64,000 nucleotides of DNA from the human T2T-CHM13v2.0 reference genome, Homo sapiens, in NCBI RefSeq assembly GCF_009914755.1, contig NC_060927.1, one strand, 5' to 3'. The position numbers were made by a program, and so were the translations under genes. How positions within the stretch are numbered: position 1 is the first letter of the stretch; the number at the start of each line of letters is the position of its first letter. The notes beneath the pieces are model-generated. The model was not told the origin of the DNA, did no database searches, and saw only the letters and a list, made by a program, of their open reading frames with translations. This document shows positions 35,331 to 52,430 of this stretch, in pieces.

Positions 35331-37594
35331 TGTGATAGTTTATTTTCACACTGCTGTAAAGACATACCTGAAACTGGGTAATTTATAAAGGAAAGAGGTT
35401 TAATTGACTCACAATTCTGCGTGGCAAAGGAGGCCTCAAGAAACTTACAATCATAGTGGAAAGCAAAACAGGCACATCTTACAGGTGAGAGGCAGGTGAG
35501 AGAAGTGAGTGCCAAGCAAAGGGGACGCTCCTTATAAAACCATCAGATCTCATTAGAACTGACTCACTATCATGAGAACAGTGTGAGGGTAACTGCCCCC
35601 ATGATTTAATTACCTCCCATAGGGTCCCTCCCATGACACATGGGTATTATGGGAACTACAATTCAAGATGAGATTTTGGTGGGGATACAAAGCCTAACCA
35701 TATCATTCCGTCTCTGACCAAATCTCATGTCCTCACATTTCAAAACACAATCATGCCTTCCCAACAGCCTCCCAAAGTCTTAACTCATTCCAGCATTAAC
35801 TCAAAAGTCCTAGTCTGAAGTCTTATCTGAGACAAGGCAAGTCCCTTCCGCCTATGAGCCAGTAAAATTAAGAGCAAATTAGTTACTTCCTAGATACAAT
35901 GATGGTTCAGGCATTGGATAAATACACCTGTTCCAAATAAGATAAATTGGCCAAAACAAAGGGGTTATACGCCCCATACAAATCTGAAATCAATAGGGCC
36001 GTTATTAAAACTTAATGCTCCAAAATAATCTCCTTTGACTCCACATCTCATATCCAGGTCATGCTGATGTAAGAGGTGGGCTTCCACAGCCCTGGTCAGT
36101 TTCACCTGTGGCTTTCCAGGGTACAGTCCCGCATCCTGGCTGTTTTCACAAGCTGGCATTGAGTGCCTGTGGCTTTTCCAGGTGCAGAATGTAAGCTGTC
36201 AGTGTATCTCCCATTCTGGGATCTGGAAGACGGTGGCCCTCTTCTCACAGCTCTACTGAGCAGTGTCTCTGTGGGGACTTTCTGTGGGAGCTCCAACCCC
36301 ACATTTCCCTTCTGCACTGCCCTAGAAGAGGTTCTCCATGTGCACACCTCTGCCTGGATATCCTGGCATTTCTGTCCATCCTCTGAAATCTAGGCAGAGG
36401 TTCTCAAAGCTCAATCCTTGTCTTTTGTGCACCTGCAGGACAAACACCAGGTGGAAGCTGCCAAGGCTTGGGGCTTACACCCTCTGAAGCAATGACCTGA
36501 GCTGTATCTTGGCCCCTTTTAGCCACAGCTGGAGCTGAAGTAGCTGGGATGTGGGGCACCACGTATTGAGGCTGCACAGGGCAGGGGGGCCCTGGGTCCA
36601 GCCCACAAAACCATTTTTTCCTCCTAGGCCTCTGGGCCTGTGATAGAAGGGGCTGTCATGAAGGCCTTTGGCATGTCGTGGAGACATTTTCCCCATTGTC
36701 TTGGTGATTAACATTCAGCTCCTCATTACTTATGCAAATTACTGCAGCAGGCTTAAATTTCTCCCCCAGAAAATGGGTTTTCCTTTTCTATTGTATCATC
36801 AGGCTGCAAATTTTCCAAACTTTTATGCTCTGCCTTCTGTTGAATGCTTCGGTGCTTAGAAATTTCTTCTGCCAGATACTCTAAATCATCTCTCTCAAGT
36901 TCAAAGTTCCACAGATCTCTAGGGCAGGAGCAAAATGCCACTAGTCTCTTTGCACAGCAAGAGTGATCTTTACTCCAGTTCCCAACAAGTTCCTCATTGC
37001 CATTTGAGACCACCTTGGCCTAGATTTTGCTGTTGATATTACTATCAGCATTTTGGTTAAAGCCATTCAACAAGTCACTGGGAAGTTCCAAACTTTCCCA
37101 CATTTTCCTGTCTTCTTCCGAGCCCACCAAACGGTTCCAGTCTCTGCCCATTACACAGTTCCAAAGTCACTTCTGAATTTTTGGGTATCTTCACAGCAGC
37201 ACCCATTCTCTGTGGTACCAATTTACTGTTTTAGTCTGTTTTCATGCCGCTTTAAAGACATACTCAAGACTGGGTAATTTGTAAAGAAAAGAGGTTTAAT
37301 TGACACAGTTCCACATGTCTAGGGAGGCCTCAGGAAACTTACAATCATGGCAGAAGATGAAACAGGCACGTCTTCCATGGTGGCAGGTGAGATAAGTTAG
37401 TACAGAGTGAAGGAGAAGCCCCTTATAAAACCATCAGATCTCTTGAGTACTTATTCACTATGAGGAGAACAGCATGAAGATAACTGTCCCAGTTATTCAA
37501 TTACCTCCCATAGAGTCCCTCCCATGACTTGTGGGGATTATGGGAATTACAATTCAAGATGAGCTTTGGGTGGGAGTGCAGCCAAACCTTATCA
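35331..37594 (-). mobile_element. Full-length THE1-type MaLR: LTR 35331-35705, internal region 35706-37226, LTR 37227-37594
   Basis: Two homologous ~370-bp LTRs; THE1-int peptide remnants (GNEELVGNWSKDHSC...RDLWNFELERDDL); perfect TSD CACTA at 35326-35330 and 37595-37599. Confidence 0.93.
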
Positions 37595-38493
37595 CACTAC
37601 CAGCCTGGACTGAAAGGGGCAGAGAGAAGACAAAATGAAGGAAGGCCACCAGATTTCTGGGATTCTAGCAAGAAATGGGCTGATAGAGCTATTCAGTCAC
37701 AAATATTTGTTCATCTTTAAGAGAAAGGAAGAATTACTCTGAGGGCAGAACCACAGATACAAATATAAAGGCCAGAGACAGCAGGATGACTACCATGGGC
37801 CCAGAAAACAGAGGATCAAGCCTCAGAGGATTATTTTCAGACCTTGAGCTGAATGCAGTTTGTCCTGCCAATTTTTGCACTTGCTTCAAACCAGTAACCC
37901 TTTTATAACTTCCAATTTCTCCCTATGGAAATGAAAATGTTTATCCTATGCGTGTCCCAGTGGTCCACAGATGGAGAGGATTGCTAAGAATTGCCAGCAA
38001 TCACCAGAAGCTGTTCTCCAGAACTGTGAGAGAATAAATTTATGTTGTTGTGTTACCCAGTTTGTGGTAATTTATTTCAGCAGCCCTAGTACACTAGTAC
38101 AGTGTAGAATTAACTTTTATTTCTTTCGTATTATTTTCCTATATGATGGATTTCAACTATTGGATTTTTTGGGACTATGTTTCCTTCTTTAATCGTTTTT
38201 ATTTTAGTGCTTTTTATGTAGGCTTTATGCCATTCCTTTTTCCTTTAATTATTTTTCATTTGTTCTATTAAGACCTTCTGTTTGCTCCTAGATAATTTTG
38301 GAACATTCTTCCTCTCATGTTACTGAGAGGAATTTTTTATTCTTCACACCTTCAATATGAGTATTTTTATATTTCTGATTTAGCATGAAGAGGAAGAGTG
38401 AAGTCAGGCTATGGACAATCACGGATAGATTACTTTGCCTGTGCACTCTCCCATATAATTTTGTTAAAAACTCACTGTATAAGAAAAATGGCT

Positions 38494-38805
<312 letters not shown>

Positions 38806-38829
38806 AGGCTAAAGACTTCAGTGAGACCT

Positions 38830-39830
<1,001 letters not shown>

Positions 39831-40128
39831 GGTTGAATTATAGGGTTTTTGTATTATTTTAAGTTCAGTGCCTTTAATTTACTCCTTCAGGTTAGGCCAT
39901 TGTTTGTTTGTTTGTTTTTACTTTAACTGCTCTTAGGATGTAGCTCCTCAATTCACTTACCATCACTCACCAACTGCCACTATCCACCCCATCCCACCCA
40001 ATTTTTCTTCTCTGTTTTTTAACTACAAATTGTTGGTTCATAGAAAGGGAAATTGAATTCTACCTGCAGCACTCCAAATGCCTCTTCCCTCAGATAATGT
40101 TGTTTTATTTCCTCTTCTAGCATCCTTT

Positions 40129-41451
<1,323 letters not shown>

Positions 41452-42935
41452 TAAACAGTTTTAAAGATCAATTGGTTTAGATGATTGTCATCATTTTTCA
41501 GACTTCTTTACTCAGCTTGTCCCACTGTAGTGAGCTCTGGTAGACTTGCCAGCCTCTGGTGCATTGGTAGGGAGTGAGTTACATTTTATACTCTCAGAGT
41601 GTTTGGTGTGTTTTCCCCAAGCTGACCAGACACTTCTGGCATTCATTTTTTTTTTTTTTTTCTAAATTGTGGTGACTTTGAGAGGGCAGGGAAGAGAGAA
41701 GTAAAGGGAATGGAGATCAGCGACATTTTTTAGGATCTAATTCATCTCCTCTCCCCATACTGCTTACAGGATGAATGGAGGAGGAAATCTTCACTATGCC
41801 TGTCATATTTTGCCTCTCTTTCCCTGTCTTGCTTATATATCTATGTATTTGATTCTTGCTGCCATACTAAATTATTCTTTTGTACATCTTATAGTTGTTG
41901 TTTTAAACTTATTATTTATTTATTTTGGAAGAGAAAGGTCTATCATACAACTTTTTTCCACTATCTTTTCCCAGAAAGCACAGGACAAGTTTCTCTAAAA
42001 GCTACTATATATTCGAAGGTACACCAGTAGAGAGTCTACACAAAAACAAACAAACAAACAAAAACAAGACAAAAATAAACCTTGTATTAACCCCTGTAAA
42101 TAATGATAAAAATAATAAATTCATACAGCAAGTCAAAAATTTTAATGAAGACTCACGCAATATTTGACCCAAGGTGTTAAATAGTAGAATTCGATCAGTT
42201 CAGGTCCAGAAGTAGGATGAACATCTCCCTCTTCTCAAAAGACAATTAAGCACTGCGTATTTTCTCCTTGAAGGCAATGACAGTGTCCTATTTACTCTTC
42301 ACTCCCCTACCCCTACCACTAAGACTCTGGACAAAGTCCAGTTCTAAATAAATATTTGTAATTGAATAAATTAATGGATGAATGAGAATGTAATCTTAAC
42401 AAATAAAATATAAACATAGCACGTTAATGTTAGAAAAAAGAGAAAAACAGAAAATGTCTCTTTACCATTCCCTTATACTTTTTAAAACAATTTGCTAGCA
42501 TTGTGCCAAAGAACAAATAAGCATTTAACTTAATAATTAGGAAAAGAAAAGCCTAAGGAAAAAATATTAAAAAAGGCAACATTGGAATTGAATGTATAAT
42601 AAATAAGTAAATAAGTTGAGAAAACCATAAACTGACTCTCAAATGAACAAAGAAATAGATTTTAAGCCTCACCAGGAAAGGATTGAAAACTAAAGCTCCA
42701 CATTGATATATTTGAAAAATCCGAATATTTTACCAATAGTAAATGTAATTTCCTAGTAAAACACCCATTTCCAAAACTGCTTCATGAAGAAGAAGAATCT
42801 GTGAACTTGTCAAAGTATTCTCTCACACAAGGCACAGGTTCCAAATGATTTCATAACTGAGTTATTTTAAATTCTCAAGGAATAAAAAATTCTTCTTCCT
42901 CTTAACTATTTCCGGATTATGGAAAAAGAAGGATT

Positions 42936-43235
42936 GGCCAGGTGTGGTGGCTCATGCCTGTAATCCCAGCACTGTGGGAGGCCAAGGTGAGAGAGGTCAG
43001 GAGTTTGAGACCAGCCTGGCCAACATGGCAAAACTCTGTCTTTACTAAAAATACAAAAAATTACCCAGGCATGCTGGTGTACGCCTGTAATCCCAGCTAT
43101 TCAAGGGGCTGAGGCTGGAGAATCGCTTGAACCCGGCGGGCAGAGGTTGCAGTCAGTGAGCCGAGATCACACCACTGCACTCCAACTTGGGCTACAGAGC
43201 AAAATTCTGTCTCAAAAAAAAAAAAAAAAAAAAAA
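42936..43235 (+). mobile_element. Alu (AluS-like)
   Basis: Dimeric Alu with a short left-arm deletion and poly(A); TSD-like gaaggat. Confidence 0.95.
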
Positions 43236-43309
43236 AGGAAGGATCACTTTTAAGTGCACTTTATAAGGTTAGCATATTGATATCAAAACCTGCCCAGAAT
43301 GACATCAAA

Positions 43310-43540
43310 AAAGCTGATATTTATAAAGAGCTTTCTGTATACCAAGAACATTGTAAGTGTTCTAGAAATTTCAATCTATTTATTCCACAAATACTTACGA
43401 GACTGAGCATTTCTCTCATCTTACAGATAAGAAAACTTAGGGAAGTTAAATAACTTCTCCAGGATTCCACAATTAGTAAACGGTGGGACAGAGATGGAAC
43501 CTAGGTAACTTGCATCGAGGAGACAAGCTATTAACCACTA
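43310..43540 (-). mobile_element. MIR SINE
   Basis: ttacagataagaaaacttagggaagttaaataacttctccagg...cacaattagtaaacggtgggacagagatggaacctagg. Confidence 0.65.
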
Positions 43541-44571
43541 TATTTTATGTTTCCCATAGAAAATAGAAACTATCGGCCTATTTCATTTATGAATGATGAT
43601 GCCACCATCTGAGATAATTTACTAGAAAGTTTATTTCAAAAGTATATTAAATGAAAAAAAGAAAACACATCTACATCATGATGAAAGTAGGGTTTACTCA
43701 AGAAAATTAAAAATAGATTAATAGTATAAGAACTATATAATTCTTAAATTGCCATCTGAATTTTATATAGTCTAATCAATCAGAAAAGATATACATACAC
43801 ATATGTGTAACAGAAATTATCATTACTCATAACATAATAAACACACAAATAAAATGAAAAAAATTAAACAATATGAGAATTCGGTACAAGGGTTGCTGAG
43901 TAGATTTTGTTGGGCAGGCAACTAAACCCAGAGTCTCCAAGTAGGAGTTGTTAATCAGTTGATTACTCTTTTGAACAGTAACAATAAGGGTAGAGGGTGA
44001 CCACAAATACTTTACTTGCCACTTAAAATTACTTTGGCCTACTAAGTCATAGATTACTGACTTTAGGAATAGATCTTCATACCTGCCCTTTGGGAGACTG
44101 GGAACAAGAATAACATGCTGAGAGGTTGCAGCAAAATTATGATTTCACAGCTGTGAGACAGCCACTTTGATCTGCAAATGTCCTCCCTTTGGGCTTGCTG
44201 AAAGCTGAAACCCCATTATTAAAGATCCTTCTTGCTGGCTGGAAGTTTTCATACTGTGTTAAATGAAATGCTTATGGTTAAGATGGTTTACTAACTTTCA
44301 AAAGGCATTTCTACCTTAGGACAGGTAATTAAGGGTAAATATATTGGTTTTTCTGGTCCTTAGTTTACTCATTTGTAAAATGAAGCAGTTTGAACAAGAT
44401 AATTTAAATTTTCTTCCATATCTAACACTTCACGATCCTAGAGTCCTCACAGTCTTCCCTGTAAGTAGGTGCTTACTGTTGTGATGGAGCAGAAGTTCTG
44501 AGACCCTGATGATACCAAGAAGGAGCAAAATGGTGAGAGTGGGGAGATGTAAGGACAAGATTCAGGGAGGG

Positions 44572-44780
44572 TGTCTCACTTTAGGCTGCAATAACAGAAT
44601 ACCATTTCTCACCTCAAAGAATTGCCGCAATAAATATTTTGTGGCTTAACAAACGTGTTTCTCACAGTTCTGGAGGGTGGAAGTCTGTAATCACAGTGCC
44701 AGCATGGTCAGGTTCTTAGTGAGGGCCCTTTTTTCCTGTTTATGTTCTCACCTGGATTTCCTTGGTGAGTACCTGCAGAG

Positions 44781-44817
<37 letters not shown>

Positions 44818-44998
44818 GAGAGAGAGAGCACTTTTGCTCTATTCTCTTTCTCTTCTTATAAGGACACAATCCCATCATGGAGGTTCCACCCTCATAACCT
44901 CACTTAATTACCTTCGTAAGACCCCACCTCCTAACAATATCCCTTTGGAGTTTTGGTTTCACTGTACTAATTTTGGGTGGATGCAAACATCAGTTAGA
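44572..44998 (-). mobile_element. MaLR solo LTR (MLT1A-like) containing a (GA)n tract at ~44785-44828
   Basis: ttctcacagttctggagggtggaagtc...ccagcatggtcaggttct...tcttataaggacacaatcccatcatggagg. Confidence 0.75.
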
Positions 44999-45122
44999 GG
45001 GCTAAAGACAAATTCTAAATCTTTCAGAACTTTGAAGTGTATACATTATCAAATGATCATTTGCATGTAACACTTTTAAAAATTGTATCAAGTTAAAAGC
45101 AGCTGTATAAATTAAAAGTATC

Positions 45123-45440
<318 letters not shown>

Positions 45441-45616
45441 TCATTCAGCTTTATTCTGGGACAGGAAGTGACAGAGGGGAAAGCTAAAACTTTTAACAAC
45501 CACATTACAAACCTGTATTTGTTATTGATGTATAGAAATAAAATTAATTTTTTGGTGACTTTGTATAACTCAACCTTACTAGATTTACTTATTAATTCTA
45601 ACAATTTATCTGTAGG

Positions 45617-45915
45617 TTTTTTTTTTTTTTTTTTGAGACAGAGTCTTGCTCTGTTGCCGAGGCTGGAGTGCAGTGGCACAGTCTTGGCTCACTGCAAACT
45701 CTGCCTCATGGATTCAGGCCATTCTTGTGCCTCAGCCTCCTGAGTAGCTGGGATTACAGGCACCTGCCACACTCTCAGTTAATTCTTGTATTTTCGGTAG
45801 ACACAGGGTTTTGCCGTGTTGGCCAGGCTGGTTTCGAACTCCTGGCCTCAAGTGATCTGTCCGCCTCAGCCTCCCAAAGTGCTGGGATTACAGGCGTGAG
45901 CCACCGTGCCAGGCC
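45617..45915 (-). mobile_element. Alu (AluS/J-like)
   Basis: Poly(T) then reverse dimeric Alu. Confidence 0.95.
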
Positions 45916-46727
45916 AGTTGTCTACTCTGTATGTTCTTTTACATTTTCTAGGTACATATCATATTATTTGCAAATAACAGCAGTTTTATTTTCTCCTTTC
46001 CAAACCCTTTAACATTTTTATTTCTATGTATTGTGCTTATCACCCTAGCTAGGATTTCTTATTCAAAGTTGAATAGGAAGGGTGCTAAATAGTATACTTG
46101 CCTCATCCTTGCCATTGTAATTCTATTGTTTTACATATTTAATATTAATTTATATGTATCTATCTACTTACCTTTGCATTGTTCTTTCTGAAATTTCACC
46201 TGCATTCTTTTCTATCTGCAAGAATACCCCTTAATATTTCTCTTGGTTTGGATCTGTTGCTAACAAATGCTATTTAGTTTATCTTTATCCTTCAAAAACA
46301 TATTTTTTCAAAGCTTTAAAGGCTATCTTTTTATTGTCTTTGGACATTCATTCTTCCTGTTGGAAATTCAGCTACCAGCCTTATTTTTAGTTCTATGAGT
46401 TCAAGATTGTTCTTCCTTCATTACCAACAAGAGGCAAATGTAATGCTCTGTGAAGAAATATAATATCAAACTAAACTTAGAATTATTTCACAATATTTTA
46501 CATACAATTTCCAACATTCAGTCAAAAATAACAAGGCACATGAGAATAAAAAAGAACAGAAACAAAACTTTGGGGAAACAATAGGCAATAGAACCAGGCA
46601 AGTATCCAGAAGTAATGATATTATTAGAAATATATTTTAAAATAATTATGTTTATTATGTTCTGAGACATAAAAGACAAGCTTGAAAATATTGACACACA
46701 AATGGAAACTTTAAAAAGGAAAGAATT

Positions 46728-47004
46728 GACTGGGCGCAGTGGCTCACACCTGTTATCCGAGGCCCACGGATCACAAGGTCAGGAGTTCGAGACCACCCTG
46801 GCCAACATGGTGAAACCCTGTCTCTACTAAAAATACAAAAATTAGCTGGGCATGGTGGCACATGCCTGTAATCCCAGCTACTCGGAAGGCTGAGGCAGGA
46901 GAATCACTGAACCCGGGAGGTGGAGGTTGCAGTGAGCCGAGATAGTGCCACTGCACTCCAGCTTGGGACAGACTGAGACTCCATCTCAAAAAAAAAAAAA
47001 AAAA
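46728..47004 (+). mobile_element. Alu with a ~15-20-bp left-arm deletion
   Basis: cctgttatccgaggcc lacks cagcactttgggagg; TSD aaaggaaagaa. Confidence 0.93.
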
Positions 47005-47039
47005 GAAAGGAAAGAACTACGTCAAAACTAAATATGTAA

Positions 47040-47675
47040 TTAATGACCTTATTAATTATATAAATATATGTTATATATTTATGTTATATAATTATGTTAT
47101 ATATTTATGTTGTATAATTATATATATTATATACTTTGTAATATATATTATTTATATATTATATAATAATATACATATGTATATTATTATATATTATATA
47201 ATAATATACATATAATGTATATTATTTATATATTATAATATATACATATTATATAAAGATATAATATATCATTTATAATATATATAAATATATAATTATA
47301 TAATGTATATTATATTTATATATATTTATATATAAATATATATTTCATATATATTTTATATTTTATATTTTATTCATAATAAAAATATTATATATTTTTA
47401 TTTAATATATTTATTTAATAAATATATTTTTATTATTTTATATATATATATTTAAATATATATATTTAAATATATATATTAAAAATATATATTTAAATAA
47501 TATATTTATTTAATAAATATAATATATTTTATTAATATATATAATAAATATATTATATTTGATTATATAATATATAATATATTATATTTGATTATATATT
47601 ATATTTGATTATATAACATATTATATATTATATTATATTATATTATATTATATTATATTATATTATATTATATAT
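47040..47675. repeat. ~630-bp almost pure AT low-complexity tract ending in (TATAT)n
   Basis: Very few G or C bases; nested TA, TATAT and TTTAAATATATATA motifs. Confidence 0.97.
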
Positions 47676-47794
47676 ACCATTGCTTTCTTCCCCCAAATGA
47701 GCCTTTTCCTCCTCTGCACCTTTTCCCAAAAAGATGCCTGCATATAGGGGAAGAAAGGGTTTATATGGTCTCTTGGTAATGGGAAAAAGCAAGC

Positions 47795-47962
47795 TGTTAT
47801 GAACTGAACTGTTTTGCCCTCAAATTCATATGTTGAAGCCCTAACTCTCAATGTGACTGTATTTGGGAGATGGGGGCTTTACAGAGGTAATCAAGGTTAA
47901 ATGTGGTGGTAAGGGTGGTAGTTTAATCTGATAGGACTAATCCTCATAAGAAGTGAAAGAGA
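47795..47962 (+). mobile_element. MLT1-type LTR 5' fragment
   Basis: tgttatgaactgaactg...caaattcatatgttgaagccctaactctcaatgtgactgtatttgggagat. Confidence 0.75.
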
Positions 47963-47963
47963 A

Positions 47964-48368
<405 letters not shown>

Positions 48369-48659
48369 TCAGAGATTGGGAGATTCATTAAGTGAGGCTA
48401 AGGAAAAAAGGTTTGTTTCATTTCTCTTGTTGATTCTGAGGCATATACGAAATGTGTGAAATAATGAGGACTATCACACACTGTTTGTGTGTATGTTATT
48501 TATTAAACTGCACATATCACATTGTATTTAGGTAACTCAATTATGTTGATGAGACTCTTCTGAATACTCTTTCACTCCTGCATGCCTTTGAACATACTGT
48601 TACCTTCACTTGGAAAATCTTTCCCCTCAATCTACTTAATGAGCTCCTAGATATGTTCT

Positions 48660-49107
48660 TAATTTTCCAGGGATACTGCAACAAAGTGCAACTGGTGCTT
48701 AGAACAAGAAAAATATATTGCCTCACCAGTCCGGAGATTAGAAGTCTGAAATCAATGTGCTGGCAGAGCTGTGCTCTAAGATTTTCTAGGGGAGAATCCT
48801 TCCTTGACTCTTCTAGCTTCTGGTGTTTGTCAACAACCTTTGGTGTCCTTTGGCTTGTAGGTGCATCACTCAATCTTTGCTTCTGTTATCACATGGCCAT
48901 ATTATCCCCGACTAAATTAGTGTCTCTGTTTCTGTGTGTCTTCTCTTCATCTTAGAAGGACACCAGTCATACTGCATAAGGGTCATCCTACTCCAGTATG
49001 ACCTTTTCTTAGCTAATTCCATCTGTGACAATCCTGTTTCCAAATTAGAGTACATTCTGTGGTTGCAGGAAGGACATGAATTTTGCAAGGACTCTATTCA
49101 ACCCAGT
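48660..49107 (-). mobile_element. MLT1C-like solo LTR within an L2 fragment
   Basis: agaagtctgaaatcaatgtgctggcagagctgtgctc...ctaggggagaatccttccttgactcttctagcttctggtg...ggacaccagtcatac. Confidence 0.75.
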
Positions 49108-51236
49108 AAAGTATCCTTTGGCACTTTCCTCAAAGACAGTCTCATTTCTGAAGTGTGTGTGTGAGTGTGTGTTTCTTTTAACTAACCACTTTGGACATTC
49201 TTTCATCAAGGCACATATAGCTGTAGCTACTGTTTCTCTCTCTTCCTCTCTCCCTTACTAGACTAAGACTTAAGAAAAGGGAATATTCTATTTATCTCTA
49301 TGTCTTAAGGACCTACCAGAATGGCTAGCATATGTGTGTACTTAGAAAATATTTATGAAATAAAATGAATAAATTACCCTTCCCTGAAGTCCTAAAGACT
49401 ACAGATATAAAGACAAATGGAGACACCTCCCCCAGCACGAGCTACAGAAAAGTGGAACAGGATATAGTCACATTCAGCCTTCAACAAAGAGCAGCTTATA
49501 GTTATCTTTAACTTTTCTTGAAATCTATATAAATAAGGTGAAATTTTGTCTCTTTATCTGCTAGTACATAACAACAAAAAAAGTTGCATGATAAATTCTT
49601 AGCAAGCACAAAGGTTAAGTTTTGGATTGCCTAACTTAAAACATGAGTGAGATGACTTATGCTCATGTGGAGCCCTGGGAGGTGCCTTAAATAGACAGGC
49701 AGTCAGTCACCCTCCAGAGCAGGCTGAGCTGAGGTAAAGTGAGAGGGTGGTGACTAATTAGAAGCATTTCATACATAATATGACACTGTGGTCATAAAAG
49801 ACAGTGCTTTCAAATATGGACTCAAGTTGTAGATATATACACTGATGTTCCAAATTGTTGTAGTTGCTGTGCAGTGGAGCTACTTCTCACATAGGCAGTT
49901 CCATGAACTGCCTTTCAGGGTGAATAGGACAGGGATTTAATTATTTAAGTAATTCAGGAGTGTTTCACTATTCACTTAGCAGAGCGAAGGGCTATTAGAC
50001 CAGGAAGACAATTCTAGATGTCGTCTAGTCCAATTTTCATTTTATATAGAAATGAAGCTAAGGTTTACAGTTTAAATAAATATTCTACAGTCCACAAATT
50101 AATTTTTAAAGAGCATTTAATGACAGAAAATTAGCATTTTATAGTACTAGTTTAAGTATGTAACATTATGACAATGTAATTTAAAAAATGTGTATGAGCT
50201 TAGAAAAAGATTGAAAGACTATACAGTAAAAGGAAATAATCACAGATGTGAATATGCATGATTATTGCCCTCTTTGTATTTTTTTGAAGTTTCCTGTTTT
50301 CTATAAATAAGTAATATGAGTTGCTCTAGTTGATTCCAGGGCTGGTTTCCTTAAACTTCTTTGCTCACTCTCTCCTTGCCTGCTCATTGCCATCTCCTCA
50401 ACCCAATAGTGGAGGCACCTCCTTGTAAACCCTAGTTTTCCATGGAGTGAGTATCGTCGTTTGAAAGTAATTGAGCTAAATATTAAATAATTTTTCCCCA
50501 AATTGAGTCATTTGTGTATTATGGTAATAACTTTTGATGAATCTGAATATCAATTGAATATTACTTATGTAATGTGTTTTCTATCAATAAACTCACTTCC
50601 TTTAACTAAAATACATGGTGTAATGACATTTTATATTGCTGTCACTGGATGACTGATTGAAAATCTATGTCACTTACTGAAAAAGTAAGTACAATGAAAA
50701 AATTCTAGCTTGGTACTCTCATCTGCTGAAAGCCTGAGACTAAGGACTGCTCTCTGTTGAGAAAAGTGATCAGCTATTACTACAGAGATGTTACACAAAT
50801 ATAATTTCCAAGATGAGACTTTTTTCTTGACCTAAGTGAATCTAAAGAGAAGTCAAAATAGAATACCATTCTTACAGTGAGATTTATCCTTATATAATAA
50901 CTCTGTATACCCCTACAACCATCTCACCTCCTAACATTAGAACGCATAGCATGTTTTAGAACTCACCGATTTAGAGACTATAAAGGAACCATGAGTAATA
51001 AGGCAGAATATTTAGGTTGGATTCATATAATGTATTTTCTGGATGTAGATAATGTTGAAGAAAGCTATGCTTTCCTTGTGCTTGCAAAAGATTCTCCCAG
51101 AGACTTTATTTGTAGTTATTATTCCAACAATTATTTGGGAGAAAACACAGGCAATTTGAAAAAAAAAAAAAAACACCTCTCATTCAAAGATAAAATAGAT
51201 TTTTGTATGTTTTAAAAATTTATATAACAGATTTAG

Positions 51237-51563
<327 letters not shown>

Positions 51564-51589
51564 CTTATTTTCCTTTTGAAATACTTTCA

Positions 51590-52430
51590 AACACTTCACC
51601 AAAAAAGATATATGGATAACAAATAGACACATGAAAAGACACTTAACATCATTAGTCATTAAGGAAATGCAAATTAAGACCATAATACACCATCATACAC
51701 CAATTACAATGGCTAAAACTAAAAAGATTGACTGTACCAAGAGTTAACAAGAATGTAGGGCAAATGGAATGCTTATACAGTACTGGTGTGAAAAATGCTA
51801 CAACCACTTTGGAAAATAGTTTGGCAGTTTGTTAAATAGTTAAACATTACTGCCACAGGATTCGGCTATTGCACTCCTAGATATTTACCTAGGAAAAGTG
51901 AAAGCATATGTTCATGTAAAGACTTAAAAATGAATTTTCACAGAAGCTTTATGTGTAATAGCCCCAAGCTATAAATTAAACAAATTTCTATCAACAAGGG
52001 AATTGATAAACAAACTAAGGGATATCCATTCAATGGAATACTATTCAATAATAAACAAAAGAATGAACTAATGCTACTATGTGAATGAATATCAGCATAA
52101 TTATGCTGAATGTAAAAAGGCAAAAAAAGAGTGTATACTGTGTAATTACATCTATATAAAATTCTAGAAAATGCAAACTAGTATACAAACGGTATAGTAA
52201 CAGAGAGGCAATCAATGGTTGCCTAAGAATAAGAGATAGGTGGGGAAGAGCAGCAGGGAGACATCACCAAGGCACAAGAGGTACTTTTAGAAGGTGACGG
52301 ATAACTTTATTATCTTGATTGGATGACTCTTTCATGGGCATATACATAATAAATGTCACATTTTATTAAATTATACACTTAAATATGTGCAGTTTATTGT
52401 TATGTCAATTACGCATTAATAAAGCTGTTG
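51590..52430 (+). mobile_element. Old L1M (L1MB/MC-like) 3' end
   Basis: acacttcaccaaaaaagatatatggataac...cattagtcattaaggaaatgcaaattaagacc...tatgtcaattacgcattaataaagctgtt. Confidence 0.8.

Larger units (their letters stand above)
33094..38101 (+). mobile_element. MLT1C-like MaLR provirus (partial LTRs plus MLT1-int) hosting an L1 and a THE1
   Basis: LTR start tgtatagtgaattgaatagtgttaccccaaaat...; internal gtagctttggaattgggaaatgagtagaggctggaagaat; LTR end gagaataaattt...cccagtttgtggtaatttatttcagcagccctag...taca; flanks atgta / gtgta. Confidence 0.7.

Noticed and set aside
35965-37277. Cluster of 60-86-aa ORFs
   Set aside because: Broken remnants of the THE1 internal region, with multiple frameshifts and stops.
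47040-47675. Possible CRISPR-like or regularly spaced array
   Set aside because: Low-complexity AT slippage with no constant repeat and unique spacer structure; eukaryotic context and no cas genes.
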